Source: Tubiluchus corallicola (lineage: Eukaryota; Animalia; Priapulida). From it: DNA of 58,353 bases. The DNA is taken from the NCBI GenBank assembly GCA_030141605.1, contig JAQGDQ010001160.1, positions 1 through 58,353 of the forward strand, read 5' to 3'. The position numbers were made by a program, and so were the translations under genes. This document shows, in pieces, positions 1 to 10,668 of the stretch. Position 1 is the stretch's first letter. Each line of letters opens with the position of its first letter. Below the pieces are notes generated by a model. It saw only the letters and a list, made by a program, of their open reading frames with translations. It made no database searches and was not told where the DNA came from.

Positions 1-531
1 GTAATTACCCTGAAAAGTAATGATACTTTTGGCTACGTATTACGTAATTACCCTGAAAAGTAATGATAGTTTTGGCTACGTATTACATAATTACCCTGAA
101 AAGTAATCATACTTTTGGCTACGTATTACGTAATTACCCTGAAAAGTGATCATACTTTTGGCTACGTATTACGTAATTACCCTGAAAAGTAATCATAGTT
201 TTGGCTATGTATTACGTAATTACCTTGAAAAGTAATCATACTTTTGGCTACGTATTACGTAATTACCCTGAAAAGTTATACTTTTGGCTACGTATTACGT
301 AATTACCCTAAAAAGTAATCATACTTTTGGCTACGTATTACGTAATTACCTTGAAAAGTAATCATACTTTTGGCTACGTATTACGTAATTACCCTGAAAA
401 GTAATCATACTTTTGGCTAGGTAATACGTAATTACCCTGAAAAGTAATCATACTTTTGGCTAGGTAATACGTAATTACCCTGAAAAGTAATCATACTTTT
501 GGCTAGGTAATACGTAATTACCCTGAAAAGT
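1..531. repeat. 43-bp tandem minisatellite (~12 copies, runs off the window start), probably in a chitinase intron
   Basis: Unit GTAATTACCCTGAAAAGTAATCATACTTTTGGCTACGTATTAC repeated with few substitutions. Confidence 0.95.
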
Positions 532-1207
532 ATGTATTCTTGAAAAAGACTCAACGTCGAGATATTGACATAATAAACAAAAAGTACACCAGATTTCACT
601 GCAAAAAACGTGGTTTCATTTATTTATTTATTTATTTACATGGCTTCTACATTATTGAAGAAAACTGTGCAAGTGATAAAAAGGTCTTCTGTTTCAATGT
701 CTATATATGTAAAGAACAAGGAAGAAGTCACTTGCTGCCAAGACCAAGTCTTTTCAGTTTAAAATGTTTCTAAACAGCTGAAACAGGGAGTTCCAATCAT
801 TTTAAAAGTCAAAAATTTCTCTCATGTTTGCAAAGTACAAATATCATCTTGGTGAGTGCTTTCCTTGGATGCAATTTGGGGAGATGAGGGTGGAAGAGAG
901 GCTACAATGTGTGTCTACTGAGCAAAGTTAAGCAATGCCAAACCTGTTCAGTGAATATATGAATGACCGTCAGGAATCCTGGCTTTCTGCGCTGGTTATT
1001 TCTCTCTTCGAGGGAGTACACATTGTTGCATACATGTCCAAATACAAATATGACATCTCATCTCAATAATTTATTGTTACTTATCAGCTAGATTTCGGTA
1101 CTGCCGCAATTACATTAAGTAAGCCCAGCTGCTGAGTGGCTGCTGGATTGAAGGGTTCTTAGAACAGCATAAAAATGTGACATTTGACTCGATGTTTTTT
1201 ATTTTAG

Positions 1208-1327
1208 ATGTGTCAGAAGTTCGACGAAGGTTTTGTACGTGAATTTGACACGGAGCAACAGATACCTTACGCTTTCACCAGCACCCAGTGGATTGGTTAC
1301 GACGACGAAGATAGTGTGAAAGCAAAG
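1208..1327 (+). CDS. GH18 chitinase, penultimate coding exon
   Basis: ttttag|ATG...AAG|gtaatt, 120 nt, phase 0/0. Translates [40 protein letters not shown], matching the GH18 motif QxxPYA...QWxGYDDxxSxxxK. Confidence 0.93.
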
Positions 1328-1637
1328 GTAATTCACTTAACTATATGTTAAAGTATATGGTGCTTATAAAATATGTTACCGTCACGATAGAGGACGCCAC
1401 ACTATGTTGTCAGAGGCGCATAATCAGATTAAATAATTTTGCCATGAACCATAGTTGTTGGAGCCCAAATCAACGATATTACGAATGAACTGCTTGTAAC
1501 GTAGAGTTACAGTCTAGTGAAAAATCATCATTTCTAGTTATTGGACAAGTGCCAACAATTTTATCACTACCAAACAACTGGGCAATATTCACAATTTTAC
1601 ACTTATAATCTATTGCATAACCTGTTATATAATTTAG

Positions 1638-2495
1638 GTGAAGCTGGCCCAGGAAGCCAATTTCGCTGGAGCTTTTATATGGACCTTGGACTTTGATGAC
1701 TTTGCTGACAGGTGCAATAACAAAGGAGGCAGCTATCCCATTCTTCGGGCCATCAACAATGCTTTACAAACTAGTGAACCTCCAACAACAACTGCATCGA
1801 CAACAGTATTCTCAAGCATAGCAACAACAGTAGCAACACCTACAACATCATCATCAACAACTGCAACTCCATCAACCACAATGTCCTCAACAACCTCAAC
1901 TCCATCAACCACAATGTCCTCGACAACCTCAACTCCATCAACCACAATGTCCTCGACAACCTCAACTCCATCAACCACAATGTCCTCGACAACCTCAACT
2001 CCATCAACCACAATGTCCTCAACAACCTCGTCTCCATCAACCACAATGTCCTTAAGAACTTCAGCTCCACCGACAATCCTCTCCACGACACCTTCATCAA
2101 CTGCCACAAACACACCACCACCAACTACTTATTCGACAACTATCACAACATCGTCAACTTCCACAACTGCTACGCAACCCACTACAACTAACCCGTCAAC
2201 AACACCTGCTACCACGGCTTCTCGAATAACGTCCACAACAGTTACAACAACGAATTGTCAGAAGGGGTTCACCTGCCCGGGGGATGGAACGTTTCAAAAC
2301 CCAAATCATTGCGGACAGTTTTTTATCTGCCTTTACACAGGCACGCCATTCGAATCGAAGTTCCTGAATGAATGTGCACCACGAAATTTGCTGTTTTTTA
2401 GTGAAGATACGAGAACCTGTGTGTGGAACTACAGTGTTCAGAAGTTTAAAGAACGATGCCCTTGTCAAATACCTGGTAGACTAGGTCCAGTTTAA
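1638..2495 (+). CDS. GH18 chitinase terminal exon: end of catalytic barrel, Thr/Ser/Pro-rich linker, CBM14 (peritrophin-A) chitin-binding domain
   Basis: Acceptor tttag at 1633-1637; GAFIWTLDFDDF matches GH18 GxxxWxLDxDDF; ~150-aa PTS linker; Cys pattern CPGDGTFQNPNHCGQFFIC...C...F...C...C; stop TAA; ATTAAA at 2501. Confidence 0.93.
   Translation: MKLAQEANFAGAFIWTLDFDDFADRCNNKGGSYPILRAINNALQTSEPPTTTASTTVFSSIATTVATPTTSSSTTATPSTTMSSTTSTPSTTMSSTTSTPSTTMSSTTSTPSTTMSSTTSTPSTTMSSTTSSPSTTMSLRTSAPPTILSTTPSSTATNTPPPTTYSTTITTSSTSTTATQPTTTNPSTTPATTASRITSTTVTTTNCQKGFTCPGDGTFQNPNHCGQFFICLYTGTPFESKFLNECAPRNLLFFSEDTRTCVWNYSVQKFKERCPCQIPGRLGPV
1858..2052 (+). repeat. 33-bp coding minisatellite (TTSTPSTTMSS, ~6 copies) in the chitinase linker
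   Basis: ACAACCTCAACTCCATCAACCACAATGTCCTCR repeated in frame. Confidence 0.9.
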
Positions 2496-2913
2496 TAATG
2501 ATTAAATTATATCATAATTATTAGACTTTATATGATAAATGAACCATAAAAGATATCGATTTTTACTGAAACTGTGGGTTTGTGCTTAAATAGACACAAT
2601 TACCTCTGACTTGTAATGACCTATTTGAAATCTCAAGGTTAATAATTATATAATATCTATATACTCAGTAAATCCACTCCGTTGTGGTAGATCACTTCTC
2701 CACTTTGATGACGTTGTTAACAGCCTATAGTTGTCAATGACTCGTTAGGGTTATAACCAATAAACTCTATTGTTAAAGAAAAACAATTTGTTTGAATGTT
2801 CTTAAAAGAAAACAGGTTGAATGTCACATCCTTCCCATTTTGAAGTAAGATAAAAGTATTCGTTTTAATGCTTATAATATTGCCAAAGAGTTTCTGATAA
2901 TTAAATAATTGGT

Positions 2914-2976
2914 TATATATATATGTGTGTTAATAATTAATTTATTTATTATATGTATATATATATATATATATCT

Positions 2977-3008
<32 letters not shown>

Positions 3009-3145
3009 AATATATATATATATATAATAATAATAATAAATAAATTAATTATTAATAAAATAATTAATTAATTGATAAATAAATAATAAATAAATAATAC
3101 TAAATAAATTATAAATTAAAAAATATATATAAAGATTATATACAT
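2914..3145. repeat. (TA)n / AT-rich low-complexity tract
   Basis: Visible TA and TAA runs. Confidence 0.85.
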
Positions 3146-3184
3146 AAACTTTATTTATTTTGAGTGGATTTACAACACAGTAAC

Positions 3185-3600
3185 TATTACTGATCACAGT
3201 ACTTCCACTATGTGCAGTGATGAAACATAGAATTAGTTAGTTCTAGTATGTAATAACCTCAAATTAGTTAATTCAAAATCACGACTAGTTCATTAGTTAA
3301 TATTTAATTGAAATTTGCAAAACTGATCTGATAGATACGATAACAGAAACGATTCTCGATGTACATAAGCCTATAAACCCATGCAAGGTATAAGTTGTAC
3401 ATTGTAATGTAGAGTGTCGCTACTTAATTCAGAAATCCAATACATGTGAAATTAATACAATTAGTGTAGTATTACAGATATTACAGCAGCACATGTAGTT
3501 GATTCTAGCATAAGTTGTTTATATATGAGTACTTCATTGAAAAGACAGTCTACATAATACCTTAAAATACAATTATACATACAATCAATTAGCAAATAAT
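3185..3600. mobile_element. Unclassified dispersed repeat, copy A (inverted relative to 22475-22880)
   Basis: ATTACTGATCACAGTACTTCCACTATGTGCA...AAAATACAATTATACATACAATCA matches the reverse complement of 22475-22880. Confidence 0.75.
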
Positions 3601-4060
3601 AGGTTATAAACTTAATTAAGGACTGACGAGCACAAATAGTTGTAGCATCACAACTGAACACAATTTTCAACACCATAAACATTCCACGAACGTTTTTGCA
3701 AGTGTTTATGAAAGCGATTTGAAAAAAATTCACTGCGATACAAAAACTCGGCGAATTTTAAGTTTAACATTCATATTTAAAGTTTATCCGACTTCCGAAC
3801 GTGTACACTACGTCACAACTGAATACCTCTGAACTGAAAGATACAGCATCTGTTTTTTCTGCAACGCGTTTCCGAGAGGCAGGCGCTAGTGCCCATCTGA
3901 CTAGCGAATGGCGACATGCATGTACAGCGAAGAACTAGCCTCGTAAACGCCAAATTTCGTTGCTATGGTAATAATTTTTTCAGGTAAGTCATTCTATGTT
4001 CACTTTCAACATTTTATAGGGCAGATTGTTTTGAGCTATAGTTTAAGATTCGATCCGGTT

Positions 4061-4210
4061 TTCCTTCAATCGTTTTGCATCTTTGTGAAATGTGTCAGCT
4101 TGTGCAGCAGCTGTAAACTGTCAAATGTGCCAGTCAGTCCTTTCCTTCAATCGCTTTGCATCTTTGTGAAATGTGTCAGCTTGTGCAGCAGCTGTAAACT
4201 GTCAAATGTG
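4061..4210. repeat. Local direct duplication (~69 bp, period 81) in the 3' flank of GPCR copy 1
   Basis: TTCCTTCAATCGYTTTGCATCTTTGTGAAATGTGTCAGCTTGTGCAGCAGCTGTAAACTGTCAAATGTG at 4061 and 4142. Confidence 0.85.
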
Positions 4211-4240
4211 TCATTCAGTCACTGTATGCAATTTTAACAG

Positions 4241-5239
4241 TTAAACTGCAACAGTTGCAAGCTGATGACTTTCCTTCATGGCTGTAGTATTGTTTCCTCG
4301 AGACGTTCTTGTGTTTGTCAAACGACCTGTACTGGTATTTACCCCACATCTGCCAAGCAACAACTTCTTTATGCAGAAGCGAAAGTCTCTGTTTTGCAAC
4401 ACGTAAATTATTGGATTAACAAAGCTGTTTAGGGTCAATCCAGTAGCCTTCATGTCATTTAAAGCTGGATAAATCCTTGATTCTATGGCAAACAGCCACA
4501 TAGAGACCATATGAGGGCTGAGAAGCATCATGGATGTACCAATAATAATTCCTGCCATTTTTGATGCCTTTACTTCAGCTGGTGAAAAAATTCCAACTCT
4601 GACGTCATTGATCCGTCTAGAACGTCGTCTTACCATTTGAATGATCTTGGTGTAACTAAGCAACATGTAAAACAACACAAAGAAGTAATGCGCTGCAATG
4701 AAAATCAGGAACCATCGCGAAACGTAGAAGTCACTTATGCAAATGTGGCTTCCACTCCATGTAAAGAAAACCTGAGCAAGTGCAAGAATAGCAAGCATGA
4801 AAGCATAGAGAAAGCATAGGGTCACCAGCTTAATGAACATCTGAGTCGTTAGAAATAATTTATATTTAACTGGCTGAGTGATCGCTAGATGTCTATCAAA
4901 TGTCACCAGGGTTAAATATCCCAAATTAGCCATAAGGTAAAGCTGCGCGAAAAATACGACCACTGAGCATCGCACAATGTCTCCCACAGGATCCAGCATA
5001 AAAAAGTTACCCATGGTGATTGACAATAAACCCCAAAACATGTCGGTAGTAGCCAAGGCAGCGAGAAACTTATTAGTAAATGTTTGTAACTTTTTAAACT
5101 TCACGACAGCAAGAATCACGAACAGGTTCAAGATGGTGGTAAAAACGCCTATTAGCGTTATGGTTGCCGTGACGATATGACTACCACCTTCAACAATGTC
5201 TACTCCGCTCGAAGCAGCTTTAGTAACATTGAGTGCCAT
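4241..5239 (-). CDS. Intronless rhodopsin-like (class A) GPCR, copy 1, 332 aa
   Basis: Seven hydrophobic segments; TM1 N, TM2 LAxxD, TM3 Cys and DRH (DRY variant), ECL2 Cys, TM7 NPIIY, helix 8 FR, N-terminal NVT sequon, Cys plus Ser/Thr-rich tail. Confidence 0.95.
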   Translation of the reverse strand: MALNVTKAASSGVDIVEGGSHIVTATITLIGVFTTILNLFVILAVVKFKKLQTFTNKFLAALATTDMFWGLLSITMGNFFMLDPVGDIVRCSVVVFFAQLYLMANLGYLTLVTFDRHLAITQPVKYKLFLTTQMFIKLVTLCFLYAFMLAILALAQVFFTWSGSHICISDFYVSRWFLIFIAAHYFFVLFYMLLSYTKIIQMVRRRSRRINDVRVGIFSPAEVKASKMAGIIIGTSMMLLSPHMVSMWLFAIESRIYPALNDMKATGLTLNSFVNPIIYVLQNRDFRFCIKKLLLGRCGVNTSTGRLTNTRTSRGNNTTAMKESHQLATVAV

Positions 5240-6266
5240 TTTTACATGTCATCTTTCGTGGTTTGTTCATCTTGCACGTTCTCACGAGGAATCAAGCAGA
5301 ATCTCTCACAGAATCCGGCTAAATGCATCCGTGAATGATTCACAAACAAAAGCAACTGTTACCTAATGGTAGCAGCAAGATAAGCCTTCTTTGTAAGCTA
5401 CTTATAAGCCTACCCACAATATTTACATTAACACACTTATACCGAAGCTTATAAACTTTGTTTAAAATGTTACAGGGCTATTGATTTCCTTTGTCAACAT
5501 GTAAATTTCCCCGTTCCTATATATTTATATTTATATTTGATGTGGATGCGCCCAGTCCAGGCAGAGAAACGGAAAAATCAGTATTGAACTGTACAATAGA
5601 CCTGCAATTTATTAAAATAACAGATCACAAGAAGTGCTTAAGAACGTACTAAAGGTTATTGCTATTTAGATAAAATTAAAAAAATAGATTTAAAAAGACT
5701 CAAACACAAATTATTACTTTATGATTCTAGAGATTTGAAGCAATTCTAACCAATTTAAACTATTAACTAATTATAAAAGTAGATGGTGACTTACATTTAC
5801 TGGTGACAACTTTGGCTTGAAAATACAACTAGTGAGTGTTAAATTGTAACAAAATAGTCAAAGCAATGCAAGTATCACCAAACGGCATGATCAGCATAGC
5901 GGCAACAAAAAATCTTACTACATGTAAAAACAACTGTGATTGATGGGTGGCGTATACTACTAAAGCTTAAGTCACATGACTAAGGCTGGCTTCGTTTTAA
6001 ACACTTTCAGGAAATGCATGTTTGTAAAAATACGAAAAAAAACAAATAATTACAGAATGCTAGATTAAATTGCTTGACACCAAGATTTTTTGTATGTAAT
6101 GCCAGTGTACAGAACTTCCTTGTTGGAGCTGACATTAAGCTTGCAACTGGGACACTGATCTAGTAATTTCTGTCGTACCAGATGCACACTAGAGTGTCAC
6201 CTAGTTAAAAAGCTTCCTGGTTTAGTGAAGTATTGGCTGTTAAAAATACATTAAAAAAGCTGACAC

Positions 6267-6617
6267 TCTCAGTAACTCACTGACAGTCACTCAGGAAACT
6301 CTCTGACTGGCTCACACTCAGTATCTCACTGGCAGTCACTCAGTAAACTCGCTGACTAGCTGAAACTCAGTAATTCACTGGCAGTCACTCAGTAAACTCT
6401 CTGACTAGCTCACGCTCAGTATCTCACTGGCAGTCACTCAGTAAACTCGCTGACTAGCTGAAACTCAGTAATTCACTGGCAGTCACTCAGTAAACTCTCT
6501 GGCTAGCTCGCACTGAGTATCTCACTGGCAGTCACTCAGTAAACTCGCTGACTAGCTGAAACTCAGTAATTCACTGGCAGTCACTCAGTAAACTCTCTGA
6601 CTAGCTCACACTCAGTC
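6267..6617. repeat. 49-bp minisatellite, ~7 units (duplication unit 1)
   Basis: CTCAGTAAACTCKCTGACTAGCT..ACTCAGTA...CACTGGCAGTCA, period 49. Confidence 0.9.
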
Positions 6618-6826
6618 TTTGGCAAGGCAGACTTGAACTACCTTTAAGTTTGGCAAACCAGGCTCATTGGAAGAAGTTACTCTCACCACACATCTGTTAT
6701 CATTGCAATATAAAATTATTAGGAATAGTGAAGTCAGAAAAGTGAGTTAACTCAAAATAAACAGACGTCGAACACCAAAACCTGCTGTACAGTGTTTTTC
6801 GTGGCAGTTACCCACAATGCAACGTA

Positions 6827-7759
6827 CTACCAAACGTTCGTCAAAGTGGCGGTTACCCGCAATGCAATGTCAAGCAACAACTTCTTTATGCAGAAGCGAA
6901 AGTCTCTGTTTTGCAACACGTAAATTATTGGATTAACAAAGCTGTTTAGGCTCAATCCAGTAGCTTTCATGTCAATTAAAGCTGGATAAATCCTTGATTC
7001 TATGGCAAACAGCAACATAGAGGCTATATGAGGGCCTAGAAGCATCATGGATGTACCAATAATAATTCCGGCCATTTTTGATGCCTTTACTTGAGCTGGT
7101 GAACAAATTCCAACTCTCATGTCATTGATCCTTCTAGAACGTTGTCTTACCATTTGAATGATCTTGGTGTAACTAAGTAACATGTAAAACAACACAAAGA
7201 AGTAATGCGCTGCAATGAAAATCAAGAACCATCGCGAAATGAAGAAGTCACCTATGCAAATGTGGCTTCCACTCCATGTAAAGAAAACCTGAACAACTGC
7301 AAGAATTGCAAGCATGAAAGCATAGAGAAAGCAGAGGGTGACTAGCTTAACGAACATCTGAGTCGTTAGAAATAATTTATATTTAACTGGCTGAGTGATC
7401 GCTAGATGTCTATCAAATGTCACCAGGGTTAAATATCCCAAATTAGCCATAAGGTAAAGCTGCGCGAAAAATACGAACACTGAGCATCGCACAACGTCTC
7501 CCACAGGATCAACGATAAAAATGCTGCCCATGGTGGGTGAGAATAAACCATAAAACATGTCGGTAGTCGCCAAGGCAGCAAGAAACTTGTTAGTAAATGT
7601 TTGTAACTTTTTAAACTTCACGACAGCAAGAATCACGAACAGGTTCAAGATGGTGGTAGAAACACCTATTAGCGTTATGGCTGCCGTGACGATATGACTA
7701 GCACCTTCAACAATGTCTACTCCACCACTCGAAGCAGCTTCAGTAACATTGAGTGTCAT
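6827..7759 (-). CDS. Intronless class A GPCR, copy 2, with a chimeric minisatellite-derived C-terminus
   Basis: ~90% aa identity to copy 1 up to FCIKKLLL, then DIALRVTATLTNVW*. Start homologous to copy 1 is at 7759; two further in-frame ATGs lie just upstream. Confidence 0.9.
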   Translation of the reverse strand: MTLNVTEAASSGGVDIVEGASHIVTAAITLIGVSTTILNLFVILAVVKFKKLQTFTNKFLAALATTDMFYGLFSPTMGSIFIVDPVGDVVRCSVFVFFAQLYLMANLGYLTLVTFDRHLAITQPVKYKLFLTTQMFVKLVTLCFLYAFMLAILAVVQVFFTWSGSHICIGDFFISRWFLIFIAAHYFFVLFYMLLSYTKIIQMVRQRSRRINDMRVGICSPAQVKASKMAGIIIGTSMMLLGPHIASMLLFAIESRIYPALIDMKATGLSLNSFVNPIIYVLQNRDFRFCIKKLLLDIALRVTATLTNVW

Positions 7760-8786
7760 TTTTACAGTCATCGTTCGTGGTTTGTTCATCTTGCACGTTC
7801 TCACGAGGAATCAAGCAGAATCTCTCACAGAATCGGCCTAACAGCATCCGTGAATGATTCACAAACAAAAGCAACTGTTACCTAATGGTAGCAGCAAGAT
7901 AAGCCTTCTTTGTAAGCTACTTATAAGCCTATCTACCATATTTACATTAACACACTTATACCGAAGCTTATAAACTTTGTTTAAAATGTTACAGGGCTAT
8001 TGATTTTCTTTGTCAACATGTAAATTTCCCCGTTCCTATATATTTATATTTATATTTGATGTGGATGCGCCCAGTCCAGGCAGAGAAACGGAAAAATCAG
8101 TATTGAACTGTACAATAGACCTGCAAATTATTAAAATAACAGATCACAAGAAGTGCTTAAGAACGTACTAAAGGTTATTACTATTTAGATAAAATTAAAA
8201 AAATAGATTTAAAAAGACTCAAACACAAATTCTTACTTTATGATTCTAGAGATTTGAAGCAATTCTAACCAATTTAAACTATTAACTAATTATAAAAGTA
8301 GATGGTGACTTACATTTACTGGTGACAACTTTGGCTTGAAAATACAACTAGTGAGTGTTAAATTGTAACAAAATAGTCAAAGCAATGCAAGTATCACCAA
8401 ACGGCATGATCAGCATAGCGGCAACAAAAAATCTTACTACATGTAAAAACAACTGTGATTGATAGGTGGCGTATACTACTAAAGCTTAAGTCACATGACT
8501 AAGGCTGGCTTCGTTTTAAACACTTTCAGGAAATGCATGTTTGTAAAAATACGAAAAAAAACAAATAATTACAGAATGCTAGATTAAATTGCTTGACACC
8601 AAGATTTTTTGTATGTAATGCCAGTGTACAGAACTTCCTTGTTGGAGCTGACATTAAGCTTGCAACTGGGACACTGATCTGGTAATTTCTGTCGTACCAG
8701 ATGCACACTAGAGTGTCACCTAGTTAAAAAGCTTCCTGGTTTAGTGAAGTATTGGCTGTTAAAAATACATTAAAAAAGCCGACACT

Positions 8787-8990
8787 CTCAGTAACTCACT
8801 GACAGTCACTCAGGAAACTCTCTGACTAGCACACACTCAGTATCTCACTGGCAGTCACTCAGTAAACTCTCTGACTAGCTCGCACTGAGTATCTCACTGG
8901 CAGTCACTCAGTAAACTCGCTGACTAGCTGAAACTCAGTAATTCACTGGCAGTCACTCAGTAAACTCTCTGACTAGCTCACACTCAGTCT
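8787..8990. repeat. 49-bp minisatellite, ~4 units (duplication unit 2)
   Basis: Same unit as 6267-6617, fewer copies. Confidence 0.9.
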
Positions 8991-9174
8991 TTGGCAAGGC
9001 AGACTCTTGAACTGCCTTTAAGTTCGGCAAACCAGGCTCATTGGAAGAAGTTATTCTCATCACACATCTGTTATCATTGCAATATAAAATTATTAGGAAT
9101 AGTGAAGTCAGAAAAGCGAGTTAGCTCAAAATAAACAGACGTCGAACACCAAAAACTGCTGTACAGTGTTTTTC

Positions 9175-9512
9175 GTGGCAGTTACCCACAATGCAACGTA
9201 CTGCCAAACGTTCGTCAAAGTGGCAATTACCAACAATGCAATGTACTACCAAACGTTCGTCAAAGTGGCAGTTACCCACAATGCAATGTACTACCAAACG
9301 TTCGTCAAAGTGGCAGTTACCCACAATGCAACGTACTGCCAAACGTTCCTCAAAGTGGCAATTACCCACAATGCAATGTACTACCAAACGTTCGTCAAAG
9401 TGGCAGTTACCCACAATGCAATGTACTGCCAAACGTTCGTCAAAGTTGCAGTTACCCACCATGCAACGTACTACCAAACGTTCGTCAAAGTTGCAGTTAC
9501 CCACAATGCAAT
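9175..9512. repeat. 45-bp minisatellite, ~7.5 units (1.5 units also at 6801-6870)
   Basis: GTGGCAGTTACCCACAATGCAAYGTACTRCCAAACGTTCGTCAAA repeated. Confidence 0.93.
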
Positions 9513-10668
9513 AACAAAACACGTCGTAAAAAACCGAGAAACTGCATGACATACAGGTGTAATGATATTCAACACATTGCGTGAAGCTAGTCTAATTAAA
9601 TAATGAGACGAAAATGTCACGTGCAAAAAATTAACGTGACGTAAATAAAGCGTGCAGCTGAAAGGTTTACTAAATCCATACAAAGTGACGTCGCAATCCT
9701 TTTTGTTACATGCTGGCTGAATTGCATTAGCACAAGCCCCGCAAAAACACGTTGTTTGCGTAGATGGGATTAAACTGGATTCTATTTTATAATCACTAAT
9801 ACACGCGTCTGTTATGATGGTTATACGAAAACAGAAAAATTAGTACTACGAATGATACTGTTACTGTCTTTCTTTGTGTAACATTTACGTTTTTTTACTT
9901 TAAATACAATCACGAATTATTGCTACAATGTATATTTCCTGATGTTTAATTTCACAAATCTACGTAAACTTTTGTCTAAACGAACACCGGCTGATTGTGT
10001 AAACACGAGTTCAGAATAAAGAATGCTCTAAAATATTGAAAACTACAATAGCTTTTTTTAAATGAAAGCTTAGATTAAATAATAATTACCTCGGATACTC
10101 AAATTTTGTTAAACTTTGAAACCTACGTGCGGCTCAGTGAATCTACTAAGATTGGCAGCGCCGCCTTTTTGTCACGTGCGGGGCGCCAACAAATAGAAGG
10201 CGGTACCGTGATAAGCATGATCATGAACTGCCGTGTTAGTTTCTGACGTCATATGATGTAAAACCCATTTTTCGTGGCATGACGCGTTTAAACAGTAACA
10301 CTAACGCAAACGTGCTTGACGCGCAAGGGAAGATGCCTGCCATTGCACAAAATGTGGTTAGTTTCTGACGTAAGAAATAGCTGTGTTCGGTTGCCGTTAA
10401 TTAACTTTCTAAGCTAATTATTCAAATACAAGAAACAACTGTTAACTTTTATAGGCAAGAAAATGTACATTTAGGACAGTAAATTAAAATGAGATTGAGT
10501 CTAAACAATCATCCGCTTTTTTCTTTAAAAGTTTAACGCTGAGTCTCACCAAAATATTGTTTTCTAAACCGGTACTATTAGATTTTTTTAGATTCAGTTT
10601 GGTTAGCTAAGTATCGTCCACAACATCTGATTTTAATCTCTCTGAAAAATTATAGGCCTCTTTTTACA

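Larger units (their letters stand above)
4354..9244. repeat. Tandem segmental duplication: unit 1 4354-6870, unit 2 6871-~9244
   Basis: CAAGCAACAACTTCTTTATGCAGAAG begins both units; GPCR CDS, upstream flank, 49-bp minisatellite and start of the 45-bp minisatellite are collinear. Confidence 0.93.

Noticed and set aside
967-996. PSGILAFCA as an upstream chitinase exon (GxLAYYE-like)
   Set aside because: In-frame TGA immediately upstream and no phase-0 donor.
1733-2468. Antisense ORFs over the chitinase (also those over the GPCRs and LINE ORFs)
   Set aside because: Shadows of the sense coding or repeat sequence.
9121-9552. Cys/His-repeat ORF (CIVGNCHFDERL) as a metal-binding protein
   Set aside because: A 45-bp minisatellite is open in several frames on both strands; there is no unique coding flank.
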